A program made the position numbers and the translations under genes. Positions 9,196-18,773 of a stretch of DNA of 42,887 bases are shown here, one piece after another (positions within the stretch are counted from its first letter, which is position 1; the number at the start of each line of letters is the position of its first letter). The stretch comes from Candidatus Krumholzibacteriales bacterium (GTDB taxonomy: Bacteria; Krumholzibacteriota; Krumholzibacteriia; Krumholzibacteriales; WJIX01): NCBI GenBank assembly GCA_046483305.1, contig JAWODM010000025.1, positions 1-42,887 on the forward strand, read 5' to 3'. The notes beneath the pieces are model-generated. The model was not told the DNA's origin, did not search any database, and worked only from the letters and a program-made list of their open reading frames with translations.

Positions 9196-10203
9196 CTATT
9201 TCCTGAAATGATCCCATCCGCGCCTGGTTAGTTTAACTCGCCCCTTCTTATCCGTATATTCAAGCTCTCCGGTACCGGTTATCCGCCCGATGTTATGAAG
9301 ATCCCTGCCGAATGCTTTCCTGAACCGTTTGTTTATCGATTCATAAGACTCCGGGGCTGCCGTACACATCAGGCAGTAATCCTCGCCTCCGGCAGCGGCC
9401 AGCTCGTACTGATTCCAGCCGTAACGGCTGCAGGCATCTCTTAATTCAGTCGAGACCGGCAGTTTTTCGATCTCTATCCCGGCGCCCACCCCGGAGCTTT
9501 CCATTATACGCCGGATGTCTGAATCCACGCCGTCAGAGAGGTCCAGCATGGCATGAACGCCCTCTTCGGAGGCCAGAAGTTTACCCTCTTCCAGGTGGGG
9601 CCGCGGCATATGATGAGCCCTGACAAGCGCTTTCAGTTCTGAGGAGGAGTTTTCATCCATATCGGCCAGAAGAGCGATGAGCCCGCCCCCCGAGTCTCCC
9701 AGGTTGCCGGTAACGCAGATCAGGTCTCCCGGTTCGGCGGTGGAGCGGTATTTTATCCTGTCAGGGCCGGCATTCCCGATAACGGTGAAATTGATGATGA
9801 TCCCCTGCCCGGAATGAGTGGTATCTCCGCCGGCGACAGCGGTACCCGAGCTTTTCGAAAGGTCTCTTATTCCGGAAAAGAACTGATCCAGCCATTCAAT
9901 CTCTATCTCTTCGGGCAGCCCTATGGAGAGAAAAGCGCTTTCCGGCTCTCCCCCCATCGCAGCGATATCACTGAGGTTTACCGCCAGGGATTTGTAACCG
10001 AGTTCGAAAGCCGAGATCCTCTCAACCAGGAAGTGAACATCCTGGATCAGAAGGTCAGCGGTAACAAGAAGGGAAGAATTCCCTTCTTGTTTAATAACCG
10101 CGCAGTCGTCTCCGATTCCCATTATGGAGGGGGGGAGATTCTCCGAAAACCCCGGCCTTATCCTATCTATGAGTCCGAATTCGCCGATATCTTCAAGCTT
10201 CAT
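9196..10203 (-). CDS. thiL: Thiamine-monophosphate kinase
   Basis: GEFGLI, GIGDDCA, NLSDIAAMGG, GGDT, DLSDG, GGEDY. Confidence 0.96.
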   Translation of the reverse strand: MKLEDIGEFGLIDRIRPGFSENLPPSIMGIGDDCAVIKQEGNSSLLVTADLLIQDVHFLVERISAFELGYKSLAVNLSDIAAMGGEPESAFLSIGLPEEIEIEWLDQFFSGIRDLSKSSGTAVAGGDTTHSGQGIIINFTVIGNAGPDRIKYRSTAEPGDLICVTGNLGDSGGGLIALLADMDENSSSELKALVRAHHMPRPHLEEGKLLASEEGVHAMLDLSDGVDSDIRRIMESSGVGAGIEIEKLPVSTELRDACSRYGWNQYELAAAGGEDYCLMCTAAPESYESINKRFRKAFGRDLHNIGRITGTGELEYTDKKGRVKLTRRGWDHFRK

Positions 10204-10850
10204 CTCTTACCCTGCCTTTTAACCCTTTGAATTATTTCAAACAGCTCTCTGGCGGCATATTCGGGGTCCTCCGCGCTGCAGATTGCCGACACCACCGCCA
10301 CCCCGTCCGCCCCGGCCTTTATTACCTCCGCGGCGTTGGTATTGTTAAGCCCGCCTATCCCGACCAGAGGTTTGCCGGAGGCCGCTCTTATGGCCGATAC
10401 CCCTTCAAGCCCCAGCTCGCGGGTAAGCTCTCTCTTGGTAGGGGTGAGAAAGACCGGGCTGATACCGAGATAGTCTGCCTCGGTCTCTTCCGCCTTCCCG
10501 GCATCCTGAACCGACTCCACGGAAAGCCCTATGATCTTATCCTCACCCAGAAGCTTTCTTGCCCCGGAGCAGGGCATATCGTCCCTGCCCAGGTGAACCC
10601 CGTCGGCATCGACCGCCAGCGCCACTTCCACATCGTCGTTTATAATCAGGGGTATCCCGGAGCCGGCTAGTATTTCTTTGATTTCTCCGGCTTGAGTGAT
10701 GAATCTGCTCCTGGGCAGCTCCTTCTCCCTGAGCTGAACCATGGTAACTCCGCCCCTGACAGCCGCGGATACAATATCCCTTACCGGCCGGCCGCGCGAG
10801 AGGACCCGGTCGGTTACCAGGTAGAGGTCCGGCCTGAACTCTCTTCTCAT
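10200..10850 (-). CDS. thiE: Thiamine-phosphate synthase
   Basis: LYLVTD, QLREK, IINDD, ADGVHLG, PVF.TPTK, GADGVAVVSAI; 4-nt overlaps with both neighbours. Confidence 0.96.
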   Translation of the reverse strand: MRREFRPDLYLVTDRVLSRGRPVRDIVSAAVRGGVTMVQLREKELPRSRFITQAGEIKEILAGSGIPLIINDDVEVALAVDADGVHLGRDDMPCSGARKLLGEDKIIGLSVESVQDAGKAEETEADYLGISPVFLTPTKRELTRELGLEGVSAIRAASGKPLVGIGGLNNTNAAEVIKAGADGVAVVSAICSAEDPEYAARELFEIIQRVKRQGKR

Positions 10851-11659
10851 CTCAGCCGCTCCTCTATCTGGTCATCGGTGAGGTTGTAAATTACATCGTA
10901 CAGATATAGCTGCAGTGAGCCCGGGCCGTCGGCCCTGCCTGCCGCTATCTCGCCGCAGATGCTCATTACCGCCATGCCGTTGTAGGCGGCAGTGAGCATA
11001 TCGGGGTTGACCGCCGCGAAAGCCCCCACCAGGGCGGTGGCGGTACACCCGCTCCCGGTAATTCTGGTCATAATGGGGTGGCCGTTGTTCACCTTGAGAA
11101 CCTTCCTGCCGTCTGTGATTATATCGGTGCTTCCGCTTACCACTACCACGCAATTATTGGATTTAGCCAGTTCCAGAGCGCTCTTTTCCGCCGAATCGGC
11201 GGAATGGGAGCTGTCCACCCCCCTGGTTTTTACCCCCTCATCCAGAAGAGCCATGATTTCAGAAGCGTTACCCCGGATTATGGATGGGGGAGTCTCAGCG
11301 ATCAGAGATTTGCAGGTCTCTGTTCTGAAAGATGTAGCGCCGGCTCCCACCGGGTCGAAGACTATCGGGACGGAACGGGATGCCGCCTCGCGCATTGCGG
11401 TCCTCATCCCCTTAATCCACTCCCCGCTCAAAGTCCCGATGTTGATTACCAGCGATCCGCCGGTAGCTTCCGCAATTCCGACCATCCCGGCGACCTCTTC
11501 CACCGCGTGAGCCATCACCGGCGAAGCTCCCAGCGCCAGAAGGGCGTTGGCGGTGTTGTTCATAACCACGTAGTTGGTGATATTATGAACCAGGGGGGAC
11601 CTGCTTCTGATAGATTCGAGATCTTTCCATATCTTTTCTGCAGCTTCACTTTCTTTCAT
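10847..11659 (-). CDS. thiM: Hydroxyethylthiazole kinase
   Basis: PLVHNITNYVVMN..AN.LLALGASPVMA, INIGTL, DPVGAGAT, RGNASEI, TGSGC. Confidence 0.97.
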   Translation of the reverse strand: MKESEAAEKIWKDLESIRSRSPLVHNITNYVVMNNTANALLALGASPVMAHAVEEVAGMVGIAEATGGSLVINIGTLSGEWIKGMRTAMREAASRSVPIVFDPVGAGATSFRTETCKSLIAETPPSIIRGNASEIMALLDEGVKTRGVDSSHSADSAEKSALELAKSNNCVVVVSGSTDIITDGRKVLKVNNGHPIMTRITGSGCTATALVGAFAAVNPDMLTAAYNGMAVMSICGEIAAGRADGPGSLQLYLYDVIYNLTDDQIEERLR

Positions 11660-11686
11660 TTTTCACTCACCTGTTTAGTCACATAC

Positions 11687-11715
11687 AAAAACCGTCAGCG
11701 GAGGGGCTGACGGTT
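11687..11715 (-). terminator. Riboswitch-associated intrinsic terminator (expression platform)
   Basis: On the minus strand AACCGTCAGC-ccctcc-GCTGACGGTT-TTT lies between the aptamer and the thiM start. Confidence 0.85.
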
Positions 11716-11733
11716 AAAAGAACTCCGAAAATT

Positions 11734-11812
11734 ACCGTTTCCCTACGCTAGCATTATCCAGATCAGGTCATCAGGGTATGATTTCAGGTCGCGACGGACC
11801 ACCCCTAACGGT
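11734..11812 (-). ncRNA. TPP riboswitch (THI box) aptamer
   Basis: Minus strand ACCGTT-AGGGGTG...CTGAAATCATACCC...ACCTGATCTGGATAATGCTAGCGTAGGGA-AACGGT; P1 is ACCGTT/AACGGT; located upstream of thiM. Confidence 0.95.
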
Positions 11813-11818
11813 GAATTA

Positions 11819-11848
11819 AGATTATCAGGGCGGGGAGGGGGATGTCAA
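11819..11848 (-). promoter_or_regulatory. Sigma70-type promoter for the thi operon
   Basis: Minus strand TTGACA, 18 nt, TAATCT with extended TG, ending just upstream of the aptamer 5' end. Confidence 0.55.
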
Positions 11849-11961
11849 ATGATTTAATGTGGAGCCCAGTCCCTTAGCAGCGGGCCAACAGGATATGAGC
11901 TGAATATCAACAGTAGATGATAATGTTTGTGTAACTGAAAAATGCCGTTAGACTTTTTGGT

Positions 11962-12328
11962 ATGGATATAAATAACAAATATCTTACAGTCATTATTGAC
12001 GATCTGGTCAAATCAAGGAGAATCCCTCTACGTAAAGGAATTATCGGAAAAAGTACGTTCGGCAATCAATGATATTTCCGGGCAATTTAATGAAGAATTC
12101 TACGCTCCTCTGGTCATTACTAAAGGTATGGATGAACTGCCCGGTGTTTTAATAAGGCCGGAAATGAGTTATAGAATATACGAATTACTGAATGACAGGA
12201 TAAGTCCTTATTTTTTCCGTTTTGCAATTGTCATGGGAAACATCGATTTAGGTGGAACTTCAGTGAATTTCAGCTATTCGGTTCTAATAGGATATTTAAT
12301 CCGCATTGCTCTAAACGCAATAGATTAA
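11962..12328 (+). pseudogene. SatD-family pseudogene (frameshift and C-terminal loss)
   Basis: ATG 11962 gives MDINNKYLTVIIDDLVKSRRIPLRK. A +1 shift near 12031-12040 continues ELSEKVRSAINDISGQF..EFYAPLVITKGMDELPGVL...FRFAIVMGNI, resembling the SatD D-x-x-x-S-R and T-x-G-D-E motifs. AT-rich. Confidence 0.7.
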
Positions 12329-12347
12329 GTGGAATATTATTCCCCCC

Positions 12348-13238
12348 CTACAGAAAAAACAGCCAGGCCGCGCCCGCTATAGCCATCACTGTCCAGAACA
12401 CCGTCCTGGCGGTAATATGCTCTTTATAAAATATCCTGGAGAGGGGAATCAGTATGACCGGGGAGGTGGCCATCAGAGTGGAGGCGACCCCGAGCTTGGC
12501 GTACAGGATGGCTACCAGTGAGAGGACAACCCCTATCACCGGGCCGAACAGCGCTCCCCCGAAAACCCTGGGGGTTACCCCCCTGATCCGCAGCTTGCCG
12601 AAATCGTTCAGGAATTTGCCGTGAAAAAGCAGGAATATCGATATGGAGGCGGTTGCCGCCATCACCCTTATCAGATTGGCGGATACCGGATTTATTCCCT
12701 CCTGGAGGCCTCTCTTGGAGAGCATCAGCCCGATTGCCTGGCCCATCGCTCCCCCCAGGCCCAGCAGGACCCCGCTCAGCAGATGCCCCGGCTGGAAGGT
12801 GCTGTTATCCTTCTTGTCCTTGGTGACAAAGGCGATAGATACGGTGGTGACTGCTATGGCGGTCAGCTGCAGCACGGTAAGTTTCTCTCCCAGAAAGGCC
12901 CTGCCCAGGAAGACGCTGAAAATCGGAACCGCGGTCATCATCAGCATCCCCATCCTGGGGCCGATCCGGACGTAGGCCTCGAACAGGAGGGAGTCTCCCA
13001 TGAAGAAACCGACTATTCCCGATACAGCAAGAAAGATGAAGGCCGGAGAGAGAAGGCCGGGAAGAGGCTGTCTTATGACAATGATATGAGCCGCCCCCAG
13101 AAGAAGAAGGGCGAACCACAGCCGCAGGTGGTTTACCGACCTGGAGCCGATCACCCTGCCCGCGTCGGCGAACATGATGGCGTTGATCGCCCAGCAACCG
13201 GCGGTCAGCACCGCTGCAATCTCTCCGATGTATGGCAT
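12348..13238 (-). CDS. EamA/DMT family transporter
   Basis: Two EamA-like halves, about 10 TM helices, FLGEKL and FYKEHIT loop motifs. Confidence 0.9.
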   Translation of the reverse strand: MPYIGEIAAVLTAGCWAINAIMFADAGRVIGSRSVNHLRLWFALLLLGAAHIIVIRQPLPGLLSPAFIFLAVSGIVGFFMGDSLLFEAYVRIGPRMGMLMMTAVPIFSVFLGRAFLGEKLTVLQLTAIAVTTVSIAFVTKDKKDNSTFQPGHLLSGVLLGLGGAMGQAIGLMLSKRGLQEGINPVSANLIRVMAATASISIFLLFHGKFLNDFGKLRIRGVTPRVFGGALFGPVIGVVLSLVAILYAKLGVASTLMATSPVILIPLSRIFYKEHITARTVFWTVMAIAGAAWLFFL

Positions 13239-13303
13239 CCTTCCGGCTCCGTTTCTGTTTCTGAAGGGTTATGCCGGCCGTCCGCTGCCCTTGCGGGCCG
13301 TAT

Positions 13304-13337
13304 AATAAAAGGAGGAAGCGTAAGCGGGCTCCCTCCT
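13304..13337 (-). terminator. Intrinsic terminator after the citF-like gene
   Basis: Minus strand AGGAGGGAGC-ccgcttac-GCTTCCTCCT-TTTATT (10-bp stem). Confidence 0.7.
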
Positions 13338-13352
13338 GATTATGCTGGTTTT

Positions 13353-14957
13353 CTATTCGGCCAGCTTGAAAATGGTATCCAGCGCGGTGCCGTCTCTCCA
13401 TTCGATCAGCTCCACCGGCTCGTCGGTGACTTCCGGCCTCGGCGGGCGCTCGCCGAACTCCGCGGCTTTCCTTACCGAGAGGTCGTGAAGCTCTTCGATG
13501 CTGACAAGGTTCAGGTCGAACTTGCCCGCGTTCTTCTTCAGGTCGTCTATGTACCTGGACTTGCTGTTCGGGTTTATGGCCGCATGGCTGTCCGTTACCA
13601 CCACATCTATAACCTCTCCGGGAAGGGATACCGTATATACGTCTTCCACGATCCTGGGGAATCCCAGGTTCTTCTCCTTCTTGCCGGTGGCAAGCGGCAG
13701 GAACATAATGGTAAGCTCGCTCCCCGCTGCCACTCCCTGGGCTCCTCCGATACCTCCCAGGATCCTTCCGTTGGCGCAGATGGAGTTGCAGTTGAAGTTG
13801 ACATCCATCTCCAGAGCGGTCAGGACCGAGACATCCAGCATGTTGACCGCGTTCTCCTTGTTGGCCATGTCGTCGTACTCGCCGGTGGATATCTCGTAAT
13901 GGTTCGGGTCGTTCAGCATCGATTTGATAACCAGTTCGGATGGCTGGAAGCACTGCCCGTGAAGCAGGTTCCTGATCAGGCCCTCATGAAGCATCTCCAC
14001 GTGCAGGGAAGTGCATCCTCCTATGGAAAAGTGCGAGCTGATCTTCTTTTCCTTGAGTATCTTTCTTATCTCATCGAGGACTATCAGTCCGGCTCCCGCT
14101 CCAACCTGGAAGGTAAAATCGTCCCTGATTGCCTCGCCGGCAAGCATCACGTCCAGAACCTGCTGGGCAATCACCGAGTTGAACTTGTTGGCCCTGATCC
14201 TGTCGATATCGATTGTTCCGGAACCTATTCCGGAGCTGTCGCCGGGGTTGTCCACCTTCACCACGAAATCCACGTCCACCATGGATAGAGAGCGGGGGAA
14301 CAGGTACTTCTCGCTTATCTCTCCGGCCAGGAGGCATACGTTCTCGGCCCAGAGGGTATCGGCCAGAAACAGCCCCAGGGGCCCCACCCAGGAGGAGGGA
14401 TCGCCCTTCAGGCCGTTGGCGTTGCCCCACTGGTCGGCGATGGGCACCGGCCCGAAAGCTACCTTTACCTTCTCTTCGCCGGTGTGAAACCTTCTTACCC
14501 GGTTACCGTGCCCGAACCTGAAGATGGTCCAGGGGAGGAAATCGCCCCGCATCACGTACTTGCCCATACCGCCGTAACAGCTTCCAGATATACCCCCGAT
14601 CGTGCCGTCCATGATCGCCTCGGGCAGCCAGGGAACGCAGTTGTCGAAGAAGGCGTTGCCCAGTATTTTTATATCCTTTTTTCCCATTTCCCGGAGCTTC
14701 TCCACTATCATCTTCAGGCAGACGTCTCCTAGCCGGTAGTAATGAGGGTAGGATATGGTATCCCCGTCCTCTATCAGGCTCATCACTTCATCCAGCGTGG
14801 TTACCTTGCTGTCTCCCTTGTGCATGGAAGCCTTGCCGGGGCGTCCGGCAAGGGGGTCGCTGTAATCCGGGTCAAAGGCCTGCCGGTAGGGCTTTTTCTC
14901 CCTCCCGTTGACCTTCAGCGGCACCTTTCTGCCGATCGCGTTTTCCGTGAATTCCAT
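13353..14957 (-). CDS. Citrate lyase alpha-subunit-like (CitF family) acyl transferase, divergent
   Basis: NAIGRKVP N-terminus, GDTIS.PH..RLGD, D..GNANG, AV..LDV..L.ALE.D.NFN.N, PRIVEDV.T...PGE.IDVVVT, IEWRDGT..D.I C-terminus. Confidence 0.85.
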   Translation of the reverse strand: MEFTENAIGRKVPLKVNGREKKPYRQAFDPDYSDPLAGRPGKASMHKGDSKVTTLDEVMSLIEDGDTISYPHYYRLGDVCLKMIVEKLREMGKKDIKILGNAFFDNCVPWLPEAIMDGTIGGISGSCYGGMGKYVMRGDFLPWTIFRFGHGNRVRRFHTGEEKVKVAFGPVPIADQWGNANGLKGDPSSWVGPLGLFLADTLWAENVCLLAGEISEKYLFPRSLSMVDVDFVVKVDNPGDSSGIGSGTIDIDRIRANKFNSVIAQQVLDVMLAGEAIRDDFTFQVGAGAGLIVLDEIRKILKEKKISSHFSIGGCTSLHVEMLHEGLIRNLLHGQCFQPSELVIKSMLNDPNHYEISTGEYDDMANKENAVNMLDVSVLTALEMDVNFNCNSICANGRILGGIGGAQGVAAGSELTIMFLPLATGKKEKNLGFPRIVEDVYTVSLPGEVIDVVVTDSHAAINPNSKSRYIDDLKKNAGKFDLNLVSIEELHDLSVRKAAEFGERPPRPEVTDEPVELIEWRDGTALDTIFKLAE

Positions 14958-15130
14958 TTTTATCTCCTCCGTAATCGAGGTAAAATAGTGTCCTTCCTTC
15001 CTATGTTAAAGTTTTCCGGGCGTAAGTAAAATCTTTTTTTCCCTCAGAGCTTGAAAAAGAGAACAAAATTTGTTTTATTAATCGGTACATAGGTAGTTTG
15101 TACGCAGGGAAACGGGATTTTGATTATACC

Positions 15131-15159
15131 TTGACTTTTATTCCAAGCGGGGATATGAT
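15131..15159 (+). promoter_or_regulatory. Sigma70-type promoter for acs
   Basis: TTGACT, 17 nt, TATGAT. Confidence 0.55.
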
Positions 15160-15227
15160 CGAGGATTCTGATTAAGAATGCAGTAGTTCGTAAATCCCTT
15201 AACATTGAAATGTAATAGGAGGTTTTT

Positions 15228-17192
15228 ATGGGAGACGAAGAAAAGAAGAGCTTTACTTCGATGCTGGACGAAAACAGGCAGATAGCTCCGCCTGAGGAGT
15301 TTTCGAAAAAAGCTCATGTGAAGAACCTGGATGAGTATATGGCTATGTACAACAAGTCGGCTGAAGATCTCGAAGGGTTCTGGGCGGAGCAGGCCGAAGA
15401 GCTGCTTCACTGGTATAAGCCCTGGGACAAGGTCCTTCAGTGGGATCCCCCCGATGCCAAGTGGTTTGAGGGCGGAAAGACTAATATCGCTTATAACTGT
15501 CTGGACCGGCATCTCGAAAATGGCCGCGCCGACAAGACCGCCATCATCTGGGAAGGCGAACCCGAAGGGGATCAGAAGAAGTTCACCTTCAAGGAACTTC
15601 ATGCCGAAGTAAGCAAGTTCGCCAATGTTCTCAAGAAGCACGGAATAGAGAAGGGCGACAGAGTATGTCTTTATCTTCCCATGATTCCGGAACTGGCTAT
15701 CGCCATGCTTGCCTGTGTCAGGATCGGCGCTATCCACAGTATCGTGTTCGGTGGATTCAGCGCTGAGTCGCTGAGAGACAGGATCATCGACGCGGAAGCC
15801 AAAATGCTCATAACCTCCGACGGTTCACTGAGAAGAGGCAAGCAGATCCCTCTGAAGAAGAACGCTGACGACTCTCTCGAGGGAACCGATACAGTGGAGA
15901 ATGTGATTGTCGTCAAGAGAACCGGACAGGATATCGACTGGTTCGATGAAAGAGATATCTGGTGGCACGACGAGATGGCCGACGCGGACGACGAATGTCC
16001 GGCCGTTGAGATGGACGCCGAAGATGTATCGTTCATCCTCTACACCAGCGGAACCACCGGGAAGCCCAAGGGCGTGGTTCATACCACCGGCGGATACCTG
16101 CTCTACACCACTCTTACATCCAAACTGGTATTCGATATCAAGGATGACGATGTTTACTGGTGCACCGCCGATATCGGCTGGATCACCGGGCACTCGTACA
16201 TCGTATACGGACCGCTCAGCCTGGGCGCGACCACTCTGATGTTCGAGGGTGTTCCCAACTATCCCGAACCTGACCGTTTCTGGGATATAGTGGAAAAGTA
16301 CAAGGTCAATATTTTCTACACCGCTCCCACAGCGATCAGAGCTATCGCCAAGGATGGAGATGAATGGCCCAATAAGCATGACCTCTCATCCCTGCGCCTG
16401 CTCGGCACTGTGGGCGAGCCCATCAACCCCGAAGCATGGATGTGGTACTATAAGGTAATCGGCGGAGAGCGCTGCCCCATCGTGGATACCTGGTGGCAGA
16501 CAGAGACCGGCGGCATCATGATCACGCCGCTGCCCGGCGCCTTCCCTCTCAAGCCGGGTTCGGCTACCAGGCCCTTCCCGGGTGTCTTCCCCAAGGTGGT
16601 AAGGGAAGACGGGACTGGGTGCGACGCCAACGAAGGCGGGTACCTGATTATCGAGAAGCCGTGGCCTGCCATGCTCAGGACCATCTGGGGAGATCCACAG
16701 CGTTACAAGGATACCTACTTCACCCGGTTCAAGGATGTATACTTTACCGGCGATGGAGCGCGTAAGGACGAGGACGGTTACTTCTGGATCATGGGCCGCG
16801 TGGATGACGTTATCAACGTCTCCGGGCACAGGATCGGTACCATGGAAGTAGAGAGCGCCCTGGTCAGCCACGACGCGGTGGCCGAGGCGGCGCTGGTTCC
16901 CATGCCTCATGAGATCAAGGGACAGGGCCTCTACGCTTTCGTTACCCTGGCCAGCGGTTACGAAAAGAGCGACGAGCTGATACAGGAGCTGAGAAACCAT
17001 GTCAGCAACGAGATCGGCCCGATCGCGAAACCAGACAAGATCCAGTTCGCCGACGCTCTTCCCAAGACCAGAAGCGGCAAGATCATGAGAAGAATTCTCA
17101 AGGTCATCGCCGAAGGCGGGGACGATGTCGGCAATACCACCACACTCGCCGATCCTTCTGTTGTAGAGCACCTGCTCGAAGAGCGGAAATAA
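15228..17192 (+). CDS. acs: Acetyl-CoA synthetase (AMP-forming)
   Basis: [47 protein letters not shown]. Confidence 0.97.
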   Translation: MGDEEKKSFTSMLDENRQIAPPEEFSKKAHVKNLDEYMAMYNKSAEDLEGFWAEQAEELLHWYKPWDKVLQWDPPDAKWFEGGKTNIAYNCLDRHLENGRADKTAIIWEGEPEGDQKKFTFKELHAEVSKFANVLKKHGIEKGDRVCLYLPMIPELAIAMLACVRIGAIHSIVFGGFSAESLRDRIIDAEAKMLITSDGSLRRGKQIPLKKNADDSLEGTDTVENVIVVKRTGQDIDWFDERDIWWHDEMADADDECPAVEMDAEDVSFILYTSGTTGKPKGVVHTTGGYLLYTTLTSKLVFDIKDDDVYWCTADIGWITGHSYIVYGPLSLGATTLMFEGVPNYPEPDRFWDIVEKYKVNIFYTAPTAIRAIAKDGDEWPNKHDLSSLRLLGTVGEPINPEAWMWYYKVIGGERCPIVDTWWQTETGGIMITPLPGAFPLKPGSATRPFPGVFPKVVREDGTGCDANEGGYLIIEKPWPAMLRTIWGDPQRYKDTYFTRFKDVYFTGDGARKDEDGYFWIMGRVDDVINVSGHRIGTMEVESALVSHDAVAEAALVPMPHEIKGQGLYAFVTLASGYEKSDELIQELRNHVSNEIGPIAKPDKIQFADALPKTRSGKIMRRILKVIAEGGDDVGNTTTLADPSVVEHLLEERK

Positions 17193-17216
17193 TACGACAG
17201 AAAGGTTTTTGATAAT

Positions 17217-17257
17217 AAGCGGGGAGGGAATTTACTGATTCCCTCCCCGCTTTGTTT
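17217..17257 (+). terminator. Intrinsic terminator after acs
   Basis: 15-bp stem AAGCGGGGAGGGAAT/ATTCCCTCCCCGCTT followed by TGTTT. Confidence 0.85.
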
Positions 17258-17279
17258 GGCGCCGGGTGTTCTCTTATGA

Positions 17280-17308
17280 TTGACACCGGTGAGGCGATTT
17301 ATTAAGCT
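17280..17308 (+). promoter_or_regulatory. Sigma70-type promoter for glmM
   Basis: TTGACA, 17 nt, TAAGCT. Confidence 0.55.
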
Positions 17309-17364
17309 GAAGTTACCGATTAACTCTAAAATTCATGTTGGAAAGAATAACCGGGAGGAAAGGT

Positions 17365-18711
17365 TTGAAGCTGGATAGTTCGCTGATGATAAGTATTTCC
17401 GGAGTGAGGGGTATAGTCGGTAAAGGGATCAACCCGGAATCGGCTCAGAGATTCACCGCCGCTTACGCCCTGGGGCTGGAGAGGGGCACAGTAGCGGTGG
17501 GGCGGGATTCCAGGGATTCCGGCCCGCCTCTTCTTTCCGCGGTGTTTTCCGCGCTTACCTTTCTCGGTTTTGATGTGGTCGACCTGGGAGTGGTGTCCAC
17601 CCCTACCGTTGAAATAATGGTTCAACAGCTGAATGCGTCGGGCGGAATAATCATAACCGCAAGCCACAACGGGCCAGAATGGAACGCCCTGAAGTTCCTG
17701 GACGGAAGCGGGGAATTCATCCGGGAGGCAGAAGTGGAGCGGATAAAATCGCTGGTCCGGGGCGACGGGAATCTTTTCGAAGAGCCAGGCCGGTTCGGAT
17801 CGGTGGCGGCTAACGACGGGGCGGACCGCATACATGTCGATAAGATAATATCCCTTAAGCATATCGAACCGGAGAAGATAGCCGCCAGACGCTTCAAGGC
17901 GGTGGTGGACTGTGTTAACGGAGCCGGCAGCAGGATAGTGCCCCTTCTTCTTTCAGAGCTGGGTGTGGAGACCGTAGAGCTTTTTACTGACATAAACTCC
18001 GGTTTTCCTCATGTGCCCGAGCCGCGCCCGGAAAATCTTGGAGAACTGGCCTCCGCGGTCAGGGACCAGGGAGCCGATATAGGTTTTGCCTGCGACCCGG
18101 ACGCGGACCGGCTGGTGCTGGTTGACGAAACAGGCTCGGTATGCAGCGAGGAAATGACTCTTTCTATTGCCGCCGGATTCGTCCTGGATAAGGTCAAGGG
18201 CCCGGTGGTTTCGAATCTCTCCACTACCCGGCTGATCGATGATATAGCTGCCGCAAACGGGGTGGAGCATTACCGTTCGAAAGTGGGAGAGGCGAACGTT
18301 ATAGAAAAGATGAAGCAGACCGGCGCAGTAATAGGAGGGGAGGGTAACGGCGGTGTTATCTACCCGGCGGTTCATTACGGCCGGGACGCAATGGTTGGCA
18401 TCGCCCTCGTTCTTCAGTACCTGGCCGAAACCGGAAAAACTCTGAGCGGTATGGCCGCAGAGCTCCCGGAATATTATATTATAAAGGGAAAATTCAGTTT
18501 TGAGGGTGATTTTGAGGAACTGTCCGGGAAGGCCCGGAATATGTTCAAGGGCGAGATTAACCTCTCCGATGGCATAAGAATTGATATGGAGAGCGGGTGG
18601 GTACATTTGAGGATGTCAAATACCGAACCGGTGCTGAGGGTAATAGCAGAAGCAGGTTCTGAAAGAGAAACACGCGATATCATGGACAGGGCTGGTAAAC
18701 TCACAGTATAA
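17365..18711 (+). CDS. glmM: Phosphoglucosamine mutase (TTG start after GGAGG; ORF extends to ATG 17335)
   Basis: SGVRG, ITASHN phosphoserine motif, DPDADR metal loop, GGEGNGG, SNTEP; directly upstream of glmS. Confidence 0.85.
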   Translation: MKLDSSLMISISGVRGIVGKGINPESAQRFTAAYALGLERGTVAVGRDSRDSGPPLLSAVFSALTFLGFDVVDLGVVSTPTVEIMVQQLNASGGIIITASHNGPEWNALKFLDGSGEFIREAEVERIKSLVRGDGNLFEEPGRFGSVAANDGADRIHVDKIISLKHIEPEKIAARRFKAVVDCVNGAGSRIVPLLLSELGVETVELFTDINSGFPHVPEPRPENLGELASAVRDQGADIGFACDPDADRLVLVDETGSVCSEEMTLSIAAGFVLDKVKGPVVSNLSTTRLIDDIAAANGVEHYRSKVGEANVIEKMKQTGAVIGGEGNGGVIYPAVHYGRDAMVGIALVLQYLAETGKTLSGMAAELPEYYIIKGKFSFEGDFEELSGKARNMFKGEINLSDGIRIDMESGWVHLRMSNTEPVLRVIAEAGSERETRDIMDRAGKLTV

Positions 18712-18773
18712 TTACCGTATTGCCATGGTATTGCAATGTATTATAATTTATATTAGATAAGAGGAGATTATTA

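Noticed and set aside
12621..14288. 555-aa plus-strand ORF, plus other long antisense ORFs (6038-7237, 19269-20171, 22757-23695) and the alternate-frame 12805-13953
   Set aside because: They overlap well-supported genes, show no recognisable motifs, and are typical shadow ORFs of biased codon usage.
18712..18773. glmS ribozyme
   Set aside because: Only 62 AT-rich nt separate glmM and glmS; there is neither room nor a conserved core.
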